Shown one piece after another: positions 56,901 through 64,000 of a stretch of DNA of 64,000 nt. The position numbers and the translations under genes were made by a program. The notes beneath the pieces were generated by a model. That model made no database searches, was not told the DNA's origin, and was given only the letters and a program-made list of their open reading frames with translations. The DNA is taken from positions 26,008 to 90,007 of IMG/VR virus record IMGVR_UViG_3300022746_000019, one strand, 5' to 3'. Positions within the stretch are counted from its first letter, which is position 1, and the number at the start of each line of letters is the position of its first letter. This DNA is from a virus.

Positions 56901-57747
56901 GCGTACCAGTATTAGTGATAGGACCAGTAACGCCAACTACACCAGAAGACCCCGTAGGTCCGGCAGCGCCCGTTGCTCCTACGGGTCCCGTGGGACCCAT
57001 AGGGCCAGTCTCACCCGTAGCACCAGTGGGGCCAGTAACCGTTGAATCCGCGCCCGTTGCACCCGTAGGACCAGTAGGCCCTGTGGGGCCAACTTCTCCC
57101 TGAGGACCGGTAGGTCCAGTAGCGCCCGTAGGACCAGTCACACCTTGGATGCCTTGGGTGCCCGTAGGGCCAGTAGGACCAGTCGGTCCTGTGGGGCCCG
57201 TAGGTCCTGTTACGGTTGAATCCGCGCCAGTAGGTCCTACAGCACCTGTAGGACCTGTAGGACCCATGAGGCCCGTTGCTCCAGTGGGACCTGTAGGTCC
57301 TACAACACCTCTAGGCCCGGTCGGGCCTGTAGCTCCTGTAAGGCCATTTGGGCCTGTATGGCCAGTAGGACCTGTTGGTCCTGTAATGCCCTGTGCGCCA
57401 GTAGAGCCCGTAGGTCCTGTTGCTCCAGTAGGTCCAGTCTGCCCGCGGAGACCTTGCGGACCAGTAGCGCCGCGAGGACCCGTAGGTCCCGTGGGGCCAG
57501 TCACATTGGAAGCAGCGCCCGTCGGGCCGGTATCACCAATAGGTCCAGTCGGACCGACAGATCCTGTAGGTCCAGTGGGGCCAGTAGGGCCTTGCGCACC
57601 GCCTTGACCAGGTCCAATCTCAATGATGCTTGAGGGGGTGTCTGGTCCGGTTGGAGTGGTAATTGTGAGATTGATTGGTGCTACAGGCGTGACAACAATT
57701 GGTTCACACGTGCAAGGATTCGGGTTACATACGTTGCAACTAGTCAA
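53929..57747 (-). CDS. Large mosaic collagen-like fibre protein
   Basis: 1272 aa; N-terminal G-P-T repeats, a capsid-cement-like segment, repeated [11 protein letters not shown] units, [11 protein letters not shown] segment, WMISGNGLT end. Confidence 0.85.
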   Translation of the reverse strand: MTSCNVCNPNPCTCEPIVVTPVAPINLTITTPTGPDTPSSIIEIGPGQGGAQGPTGPTGPTGSVGPTGPIGDTGPTGAASNVTGPTGPTGPRGATGPQGLRGQTGPTGATGPTGSTGAQGITGPTGPTGHTGPNGLTGATGPTGPRGVVGPTGPTGATGLMGPTGPTGAVGPTGADSTVTGPTGPTGPTGPTGPTGTQGIQGVTGPTGATGPTGPQGEVGPTGPTGPTGATGADSTVTGPTGATGETGPMGPTGPVGATGAAGPTGSSGVVGVTGPITNTGTPTSAVIGINASSADMANYVVQRDASQSFSIGAINFDTLSSQVSAAAKLYWDGQQTLNLGLGGGNVTIALGQEVITYVTNAESTTLNVGEVVYLYGAQGDRPTVKRAYNTSDATSSKTFGIVAEAITANGTGFVMNRGVVSKVNTSAYAPGDILWLSATPGGMTNVKPSAPNHMVFVGVCLRANAGNGLIFVTPQNGYELDELHDVAITSVAKGDLLARDGSVWQNVHVGTDGQVLTADSSQSAGVKWATPTVGDITSVNVSAPITGGGTSGDVTIGIDQTALTVAPSQVTGTAVITTDSRLSDTRTPTDGTVTVAKLASSIYGSSSPSALGTASAGVAGEVSRADHVHPTTGLALLGSANAFTVGGHTITAQSTSVTPLIVSGVSGHTVDILSIRQIAGNVLSGFGNDGSLYLRTPAGNPSTASLFASTNNVSRVGIIVKAAASQTADLTQWQDSSGAVLSLINASGQAAFSGRLTVGANAVNGASIFFASSTTATQVTGILRAAASQTADIQQWTNNSGTVLSSVDSAGRFTYGSTAFAAITSTTQSATQIALGLKVGFSGQYGDLAQYQSSAGTVIGGRTANAQIYSGGTTPLQAYVGGATTAASGTGTVATITTTVAHGLAVGDLVTVTGVTPTGYNGTYVITAVPTSTSYSYANTTTGAQTVAGSQYTYPQASIVSRSAATPTLVIRGAASQVNNILAVQTGAGTNTVFVDNNGHAYVAAGNGLYANSGYISTTRFAVQAPSATTIGSIIKGFASQSANLTEWHDSTGTVLAKVDSAGSFTSPQFNTFNQYGRLFEENSGGQVRLTKQTAAAANPGAGVAKLYFRDGTTAGTLKLVVRAGASGVEEGLFDNIDQTGTDTLTIGPSVLANGGTTATAANGVGFLGLPQNSTTTGAYTVVAADAGKHIYASATRTVTIDSNANLALPVGTTLTFIAGAGATMTIAITTDTMYLAGAGTTGSRTLAPYGMATAVKITSTSWMISGNGLT

Positions 57748-58798
57748 CGGTCACTCCCGAATCAACAAACACCTGACCCTTCACATAGGTGTGGGCCCAC
57801 GTGGAATCGGAATCGGATGTAATAAGCAAATCCCAATAAGCGCGCTGCGGCAGGTAGTCAGTATCTTTTGTGGTGAGGCTGAGTTTGATTGTCCCAGCTG
57901 CTCGGTCCAAGTACTCGATAGTGAAGGTTGCGTACAGTGACGGAGAATTCGGGTAGGTGCGAATCTGCGCTTTAGCCGTGTAACCAGTGAGGTCGAATGG
58001 GAAATCAAGCGTGAACTCGAACGAGTTGCCTTGCGTGAACACCAAATCGTAAATTTGAGCAGTAGTCGCTGCCGGCGTACGGCCGTAGAGGTCGTTCTGC
58101 AGGAAGATGCGCTCGGGGCGACGAGAATCATCGATTTCCTGAGCCAAGTAGACTGGCACGAGCTTGTTCGTGGTGCGGCTCACGCGACGAAGAGTTCCCA
58201 TTTCAATTCGCCAAAGGCCGACATTGAGGGCAGCGCAAAGGTCTTTGTACTGCTGCATACGCTGACCGATGATTCCAGTAAGTTGCTGGAAGCGCTGCGA
58301 TCGAGGAATGTGGACGCCGTCAGGGGCGATAATGTCAACATCGTATGACGCGTCAGTAGCCAATGCCCAGAGAGCCTCAATGGTAGAGAGGATGATAATT
58401 GGGTACTCTTCAACCGCCGGAATGCGGGCAATCGTCATAAGCGAACCAAAGGCGTCGCTCTTATTGTTGGTATGCTGCAAAACAGCCGTGTTGACGAATG
58501 TGCAAATTTCGTTATCGGTGAAATACCGCCACACAGACCCAGTAACTTCAATGACCGAGTTCACAGGCGGTGGGGTGACAAAATGGATGACGCCAAAGGT
58601 GTCTTCTAGGGTGTAGCCCGCCGGAGTAGGGACGGGCACACCATCTACCGTGACCAAAACTGTGGCTGCATCCACGGGCTTTACGGCAAGGGAAAACCTC
58701 GTGGTCAGACCATCCCCAGCAAACTCTTTTACAAACTGCTTGGGGCTGTCAGCGAGTTCCATGCGTACCCGGGAGACCAAATCGGTGAGGACAGCCAC
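57740..58798 (-). CDS. Head-tail adaptor-like protein with appended beta domain
   Basis: [11 protein letters not shown]; YFTDNEI; C-terminal [20 protein letters not shown]. Confidence 0.7.
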   Translation of the reverse strand: MAVLTDLVSRVRMELADSPKQFVKEFAGDGLTTRFSLAVKPVDAATVLVTVDGVPVPTPAGYTLEDTFGVIHFVTPPPVNSVIEVTGSVWRYFTDNEICTFVNTAVLQHTNNKSDAFGSLMTIARIPAVEEYPIIILSTIEALWALATDASYDVDIIAPDGVHIPRSQRFQQLTGIIGQRMQQYKDLCAALNVGLWRIEMGTLRRVSRTTNKLVPVYLAQEIDDSRRPERIFLQNDLYGRTPAATTAQIYDLVFTQGNSFEFTLDFPFDLTGYTAKAQIRTYPNSPSLYATFTIEYLDRAAGTIKLSLTTKDTDYLPQRAYWDLLITSDSDSTWAHTYVKGQVFVDSGVTVD

Positions 58799-58864
58799 GT
58801 ATTACTCCTTAGCCCACTATCGGGTCAATGATGCCCTAAAACAGGCAAAAAATCCGCCCAAACG

Positions 58865-58890
58865 AAAAGCGGCGGGGTATACCCGCCGCC
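58865..58890 (-). terminator. Intrinsic terminator
   Basis: Minus strand GCGGCGGG-TATAC-CCCGCCGC-TTTT. Confidence 0.8.
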
Positions 58891-58902
58891 CTACGTCACT
58901 TG

Positions 58903-59268
58903 TTAGAGAGTGTTCGCCAAGTAACCCTTTGATGCAAGGTGGTTGGCAAGTTTGCGAGAAACTTCGTACTTCTTTCCCGCGATGAACGTGTAAAGGTTGC
59001 CCGCGCCATAGGTCATGGCTTCAATGGTCTCAACCGTACGGATAACGACGGTGTCGCTCTCAGCACCGACCTTGGTGGCCTGATCAACGACTACTGTCGT
59101 GGAGGCGGGGGAGGTAGCGTCAATGATTTCGTTTTCCTCGTCAATAATCGCCTGAGCGGTAGCGAGGGAAATTTCGTTTGCTCGCGCTTGAATCTGGTCG
59201 GCGTTCTGTGCCATCATTTCTTCGCGCTTACGCCCAGTGACGTCGCTGGGCTTTGCTTTTGTAGCCAT
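58903..59268 (-). CDS. Hypothetical head-associated protein
   Basis: 121 aa, GGAG RBS, downstream of the major capsid gene. Confidence 0.7.
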   Translation of the reverse strand: MATKAKPSDVTGRKREEMMAQNADQIQARANEISLATAQAIIDEENEIIDATSPASTTVVVDQATKVGAESDTVVIRTVETIEAMTYGAGNLYTFIAGKKYEVSRKLANHLASKGYLANTL

Positions 59269-59295
59269 TTGTTCTCCAATGTAGTAACTGCGGGA

Positions 59296-59841
59296 TTAAA
59301 TTTTAGCAGACAGATATTCCGCTGCTTTTTTAAGAAGTTCGGGGGAATCCCTGAAGGCCCCTAAACCCCGATTGCATGGGTGGCACAAAAGGCCTCTCAC
59401 GCATTTGCCACAAGCTTTGCTGTCTGGGCAGCAAGAGTGGTCGTGGTCTACGCAAATTGATGTCCTACTGTGGGACAAGTCAACTTCGCATATGAGGCAC
59501 TTACCGTTCTGCATTTCAAGAAGCTCGTTGAACCTATCGACGGTTATGCCATATTTTTTAATTGTCTGTCGATTGCCATTGGCTTTGGCGCACTCCCGGC
59601 ACGTTCTTCGCCCTTGCGGGTTTATGTATGTGTTTTCCTGGGTGTAGCCATGCCCTTTAGGACAATGAGTTTTGGCTTTATTAAAGCCTCCTTGCCCAAG
59701 CCCCGGAGACGCCGCCCGTCGAATTCTCATTCGTTCTAGACGACATCTCCGGCAGTGCACGTATCCGTTTTTGTCTACGTAACTGTTTAAGTCATCATAA
59801 GGATGACCCTCGGGACATTTAGTTTTTTTAGGGCTAGTCAT
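59296..59841 (-). CDS. Free-standing EndoVII/HNH-type endonuclease with two N-terminal Zn-finger repeats
   Basis: KT.CP.GH.Y...N.Y...C..C x2; YGIT..Q..CLIC..VDHDH..VRGLLCHPCN. Confidence 0.9.
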   Translation of the reverse strand: MTSPKKTKCPEGHPYDDLNSYVDKNGYVHCRRCRLERMRIRRAASPGLGQGGFNKAKTHCPKGHGYTQENTYINPQGRRTCRECAKANGNRQTIKKYGITVDRFNELLEMQNGKCLICEVDLSHSRTSICVDHDHSCCPDSKACGKCVRGLLCHPCNRGLGAFRDSPELLKKAAEYLSAKI

Positions 59842-59897
59842 CAGAACCTCCTAAGCCGATTTTACCTGACTTAGGAGTGTTTCTGACTACAAACTAG
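59834..59897 (-). promoter_or_regulatory. RBS-sequestering hairpin of the endonuclease gene
   Basis: TCAGAA..CTCCTAAGTC-N10-GGCTTAGGAG.TTCTGATG pairs over AGGAG and the start codon. Confidence 0.75.
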
Positions 59898-59900
59898 TTC

Positions 59901-60968
59901 CTAATTGGTGCTGGCCACAATAACTGCCTGGTCGGTGATGAGACCAAGGCCGAAGATTGAGTACCAGGACAGGGCGTGCTCACGACCGAAGTCGAGGATG
60001 CCGCCGTCACGGAGTTCGACCGGCAGAGAGATTGCGTGGCCGAATGCGTTGTCACCGATGAAGAGAGCGTCGTAACGATCACGGTTACCGTTGCCTTCAA
60101 GGGTGGTCGGGGTGATGTAGCCACCGCCGGGGGTCACGGTCGGGGCGACCGAGTGGTCGGCGGTCCAGCCTGCACCTGCACCATTAGGAACCTTGCGTAC
60201 CTGAGTGGTTTCGATGAAGACGCAGTCGTACAGGCGGCCGATTTCACCGAGCATGAAGTTGCCGGGGGCGGCGTACTTCGTAACTTCGATGAATTCCGGA
60301 TTGTCGCGCAGACGACGGCTCTGGTGCGGGTGAACAAAAGCGACGTAAGTCTCGCCCAGACGCGGGATGTTCTTGAGGCTCAACTGTTCGACGGCGTCCT
60401 TGACGACGTGCGGGCTGAGGAAGAAGTCACCGGTCATTTCATCGTTACCAGCGGCAGAGGTGCCGTAGTCGTACCAGTTGTTGACACCGGACAGAGCGCC
60501 ACGCGATTCGCCCCAAATCTGCGAAGAAGCAGCGAGGAGGGTGTCGCGGGACAGAACGTCGAGGTAGGTAGCCATGTTGCGGCCGAGCAGACGCGAAGCC
60601 GAAGCCATGACGTCATCGAACGATGCGTTGAGCAGGAGCTCGGACACCGAGAGACCGTAACCGTGTTCGGTAACGGTGATGCTGAACTGCTGTGCAGTCA
60701 GCGCGTTGGTCTCCATACGAACACCTTCGACGAGCGCCGAAGCGTAGCCGAGGTTGTTGTAACGCATGAAGTTAATCTGAAGGCCGGGGGCGACGCCCAG
60801 TTCGGTCTTCTTGACTGCAAACTGCTCAAAGCGCAGAATCGGCATGGCCTGGAAAAGGATTTCCTTCGACCAGATCTGCTGAATTGCCTGAGTCAGCTGG
60901 GTATTGGTACCCGAGTATGCGGTAGGTGATGCGGCAAGATTGCCGGTACCGGTGATACCTGATGCCAT
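59901..60968 (-). CDS. Major capsid protein (N4-gp56-like HK97 fold)
   Basis: FEQFAVKK, EHGY, VHPHQ, GEIG, DFGR..WY; follows portal and scaffold. Confidence 0.92.
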   Translation of the reverse strand: MASGITGTGNLAASPTAYSGTNTQLTQAIQQIWSKEILFQAMPILRFEQFAVKKTELGVAPGLQINFMRYNNLGYASALVEGVRMETNALTAQQFSITVTEHGYGLSVSELLLNASFDDVMASASRLLGRNMATYLDVLSRDTLLAASSQIWGESRGALSGVNNWYDYGTSAAGNDEMTGDFFLSPHVVKDAVEQLSLKNIPRLGETYVAFVHPHQSRRLRDNPEFIEVTKYAAPGNFMLGEIGRLYDCVFIETTQVRKVPNGAGAGWTADHSVAPTVTPGGGYITPTTLEGNGNRDRYDALFIGDNAFGHAISLPVELRDGGILDFGREHALSWYSIFGLGLITDQAVIVASTN

Positions 60969-61005
60969 TTGGCTGTTATCTCCTTGGTTGGGGGTTTATT
61001 TTTGG

Positions 61006-61803
61006 CTATCCGAACAGACCCGACGTGCGACCCTGAGCCTTTTCACTCAAGAGCTGCTGACGGTATTTAGCGTAATCATTCATCGACATGGCTGAGATAT
61101 CCTCAGCCGAGAACTGACGTGAGCCCGTTTCAATATCCATTGGTCCGGTGGAAGGAAGCGTTGCACGCGTTCCAACCATTTGTCGGCGAGCATCCTGTGA
61201 GGCCTGCTGAACCGAGTCTAGAATGCGCAAAGTGCGCTGAGTCAGAGCTTCGATACTGGCGTCGATTTCTTCTCGGGTATTACCCGTCACCATATCGAGC
61301 AACTCTGGCATGATGTTGTCGCGCTCAGCTTCAATGCGCTGATTGCGGTAAGTCTGGAGTTCTGCAAACTGACGTTCGCGCTCCAAAAGTGCGAAGGCCT
61401 TTTCGCGCTCCTGCTTCTCTGCCTGGAGTGCGGCTTCCCATTCCTGCTGACGAATATTCAGCAGGTCCTTGGCGCTTAGTTCTTCTTCTACGCGCTTTCG
61501 TTCTTTTTCAACCTTTTCGGCTTCCCGTGCTTCAGCTTCGGCAGCCTTGCGTGCTGCTCGCTCTTCTCGTTCCTTCTTGAGGGCGAGAACTTCTTCCTTC
61601 AGACTTTCAATCTGAGGGTACAACTTGTCCTTTTCCTGAGCGCGGACCTTTGCGAGGTCTTCGTCAGTGTAGAACTTAGCGGTCTGCTTAGAAGCCGCAA
61701 TTGCGTCTTCAACAGCCGGAGTAGTTGTAGTGACGGGGGTTTCGACAATAGTCGGTGCGTAGCCCGACTCTTCTGCAAATGCAGATGCGTCTGCCTGTGG
61801 CAT
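61006..61803 (-). CDS. Capsid scaffolding protein
   Basis: Charged coiled coil between portal and capsid; ends MSMNDYAKYR. Confidence 0.8.
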   Translation of the reverse strand: MPQADASAFAEESGYAPTIVETPVTTTTPAVEDAIAASKQTAKFYTDEDLAKVRAQEKDKLYPQIESLKEEVLALKKEREERAARKAAEAEAREAEKVEKERKRVEEELSAKDLLNIRQQEWEAALQAEKQEREKAFALLERERQFAELQTYRNQRIEAERDNIMPELLDMVTGNTREEIDASIEALTQRTLRILDSVQQASQDARRQMVGTRATLPSTGPMDIETGSRQFSAEDISAMSMNDYAKYRQQLLSEKAQGRTSGLFG

Positions 61804-61918
61804 AACTGATCCTTTGTATCCTAGAGGTCGTTTTACAAATTAATGGCACGAATGACCGAACATAATTATTTGTGTATTTAGTTTTTCATTTATACGAAAT
61901 TTTGTCAGCCTAAACTGA

Positions 61919-63649
61919 TTAGTTTTCGTATCCTTCTGGAACGCGCCGCTGTGGGAGCTTTGTTCCATAAGCCTTGGTAACGAGGTTATTGCGGAGAGCC
62001 GATTCACCAAGTTGGGCCTCAACCTGAGCCGGATCGAGGACTGACGGAGCAGCCGAGACCGGAACCTGCTGCGGCATACCATCGGGCGACGGGGAGCCCG
62101 GTGCGCCGCCAGGGCTCATTGGCTGAGCGCCCTGCGGGTTAACCATGCCAGTGAGAAGCATGATTTCGTTTTCAATCTGGGTCTGGATAAGTTTGAGCGC
62201 GCCGTCCGAAACAGCGTCGTCAATGAGTTCAGTTCGGATTTCCTGCAGCTTCTCGGCTGGGAACTCTTCGCCCAACGCACGAAGCGCGCCTTCCTTGGAC
62301 TCAAGCCCGAGGGACATCTTCGACTGAATCTCGTTGAGAACAATCAACTTGTCAAGCGGGAGCGGGGGCGGGAACTGAACGATAGAGCGGTAACTGATGG
62401 GGTCACGCGGGTCAAGGCGGTCCAACTGACCGGCCTTAAGCGGGGTATCCGTATCAGGGTTCCAGATGAAGGTTTCAGGTTCCTTGAACGCCAGCGTGCG
62501 CAGGACAAGTTCATTGACGCGCTGAAGGCCGTACGAGTACTGAATAATCTTCTGGTGGTAGCGGTTCATCAGCGGCTGGAACATGATGCTCAGCGCAACA
62601 CCCGAGGTGTTGGAGATAGGCATAGCCTGACCGAGTGCAGTCTCAGGGACACCTGTGAGTTCGTGCATCGACTTCTTCAGCAATGCGAGGAAGTCCATAG
62701 CGCCCTTAAGACCCTGAGCGCCGCCTTCAAGGTTTTCTACCTTGGCGTCTTTGGGAAGACCGCCCCAGACCTTGTTAGCGCCCTTTTCTAGTTGGGCAGC
62801 CTTGGCACCGATGATGACCGTAACCGGCGCAGCGTGGTAGTTAACAATGTCGGCAACGTCAGTAGAAGTCTCGTTGTAGCTCCGATTGATAGGAATAATG
62901 TCGTAGCAATCGCTAAGACCCCAAGGGCTACCGCTAATACGCACATTTGGAATATGAACGACAGGAATAACGCCAAGAGGATTGGGACGCGAATCAATAA
63001 GTTCATCATTGATGTACTCCTCAATCATGTCTTCCGTGAGGATTTCGGTGTAGGTAAAGACCTGGCGAGTACCTTCAAGGCTGGTGCCCCAGAAACGGTA
63101 CTTCAACTTGAAGCGAATCAAGCGGTCGCGGTCGTGGGGGTGGAACTCGGGGAAGCAGAACGACGAGTTCAGCGGAAGGATGCGGACGCGTCCGGGGTGG
63201 AAGTTTCCTACGGAGTCGTCGTAGGGCTCTTCGTAAGCAACCTTGATGAAGCAGTCGCCAGAAACGCCGCCCTGCTGGCCAACTTCCCACAGAATGGTGG
63301 ACTTGTTGTTGTCAATCTCCCAGACGCGCTCAAGCAGATCAGGAATGATGGCTTCGGTCTCTTTGGGGCTGCGGAACTGCACGCCCTTGCCGAATGCAAA
63401 GTTAAGGATGTAATCGGTAATTGCTCGGTAGTAGTTGAGGATTACCTGAGTTTCGCCAGTCTGGCGGCGGTAGGAAGAGTGGTGTCCTAGGTACATCGCC
63501 CAGTTGAGCGAGTAGCGGTTGAGGCGGGGACCGTGAACCTCAAACTCTTCGTCCGCAAGTTCTACGAGACCGAGCGGGGAGATTGAGATAGTGAGGTCAG
63601 ATGATGCCGCACGATATGACGGGGGGGAAAAGTCAATTCCACCACTCAT
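61919..63649 (-). CDS. Portal protein (SPP1 gp6-like)
   Basis: 576 aa; NYYRA..D, VSGD.F, NPLGVIPVVHIPN..WG.SD, SGVAL. Confidence 0.88.
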   Translation of the reverse strand: MSGGIDFSPPSYRAASSDLTISISPLGLVELADEEFEVHGPRLNRYSLNWAMYLGHHSSYRRQTGETQVILNYYRAITDYILNFAFGKGVQFRSPKETEAIIPDLLERVWEIDNNKSTILWEVGQQGGVSGDCFIKVAYEEPYDDSVGNFHPGRVRILPLNSSFCFPEFHPHDRDRLIRFKLKYRFWGTSLEGTRQVFTYTEILTEDMIEEYINDELIDSRPNPLGVIPVVHIPNVRISGSPWGLSDCYDIIPINRSYNETSTDVADIVNYHAAPVTVIIGAKAAQLEKGANKVWGGLPKDAKVENLEGGAQGLKGAMDFLALLKKSMHELTGVPETALGQAMPISNTSGVALSIMFQPLMNRYHQKIIQYSYGLQRVNELVLRTLAFKEPETFIWNPDTDTPLKAGQLDRLDPRDPISYRSIVQFPPPLPLDKLIVLNEIQSKMSLGLESKEGALRALGEEFPAEKLQEIRTELIDDAVSDGALKLIQTQIENEIMLLTGMVNPQGAQPMSPGGAPGSPSPDGMPQQVPVSAAPSVLDPAQVEAQLGESALRNNLVTKAYGTKLPQRRVPEGYEN

Positions 63650-63682
63650 ACAAATAACTCCTTGTAACTGTGCCGATAGGCG

Positions 63683-63708
63683 AAGTTTAACACTTTTTGT
63701 CTACAAAT
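63683..63708 (-). promoter_or_regulatory. Candidate promoter (GACA-N8-TAAACT) upstream of portal
   Basis: 21/26 nt identical to 11330-11355. Confidence 0.5.
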
Positions 63709-63722
63709 AGATTTGAGTGTTT

Positions 63723-63998
63723 TTAGTACTTAAAACTTTCGCCCTTAGTAAGGTTCTTCCCCACAGGGTGGGTTACCTTTTTCTTAAGTGCTTTTTCACG
63801 CGCCTCTTGCGCCTCGTGGGCGTAGTCGCGGAAGCGAGGGTCGATGTCTTTCTTAGAAGTAACGAACTTTCCACCAAGCTGCGAGTAGCGGGCGTGAACC
63901 CAGTGAGCGGCAGCGGGGGATGGGTACTTCGCAAATTTTGTTTTTGCCTGAGTGGTAATCATGTTCCACAGGCGGGGATTTGCAGGAAGAAGTAGGGC
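63723..63998 (-). CDS. Basic hypothetical protein, start probably beyond the window
   Basis: Frame is open to the window edge (PANPRLWNMIT...YPSPAA.HWV...GG). Confidence 0.6.
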   Translation of the reverse strand, partial: ALLLPANPRLWNMITTQAKTKFAKYPSPAAAHWVHARYSQLGGKFVTSKKDIDPRFRDYAHEAQEAREKALKKKVTHPVGKNLTKGESFKY

Positions 63999-64000
63999 CT

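Noticed and set aside
59270-59900. Group I intron interrupting the capsid gene
   Set aside because: The capsid ORF ends with a plausible C-terminus and stop, the flanks are too short for an intron core, and the downstream gene has its own RBS
59976-60929. 317-aa plus-strand ORF over the capsid gene (similarly 62792-63490, 55498-57045)
   Set aside because: Antisense openness is expected from the biased codon usage of the real genes
61804-61918. Possible structured leader before the scaffold gene (GGTCATT...AACGACC)
   Set aside because: Only a short imperfect stem in AT-rich DNA; insufficient support without an alignment

Overview
This 64-kb window is part of a large tailed dsDNA phage (contractile-tail myovirus). 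The host is most likely actinobacterial: it encodes WhiB, a DUF732-like lipoprotein and an FmdB-type zinc ribbon. Essentially every real gene lies on the minus strand. In transcription order (right to left) the window contains: portal, scaffold and major capsid; a free-standing EndoVII-type endonuclease; a head-tail adaptor; a fibre/glycan island (two Thr-rich collagen-like fibres, beta-propeller, sulfotransferase, GT2-TPR glycosyltransferase, and a broken duplicate); small Lys-rich proteins; two lysin catalytic domains; a complete sheath/tube/chaperone/short tape measure/baseplate module; a replication block (initiator, DnaC-like loader, DnaB, C5 methyltransferase, primase, dNMP kinase, SNF2 helicase, SSB, PolA); a recombination block (RecA, two resolvase-like nucleases, Cas4-like nuclease, WhiB); SpoVS; a metallophosphoesterase; a proteasome-beta/HslV-like protease; a nucleotidyltransferase-HAD-TGT-like trio; and a B12-dependent ribonucleotide reductase that runs off the left end and is missing from the ORF track. 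The most notable observations are: a ~110-nt GNRA-rich structured RNA that buries the start of the tail operon; a putative virion glycosylation plus sulfation system; the NTase plus two apparent pseudo-enzymes; a nested alternative-frame ORF in the methyltransferase; a microhomology recombination scar; a candidate origin inside the initiator gene; and several RBS-occluding hairpins. All assignments come from motifs recognised by eye; no searches or folding programs were run.
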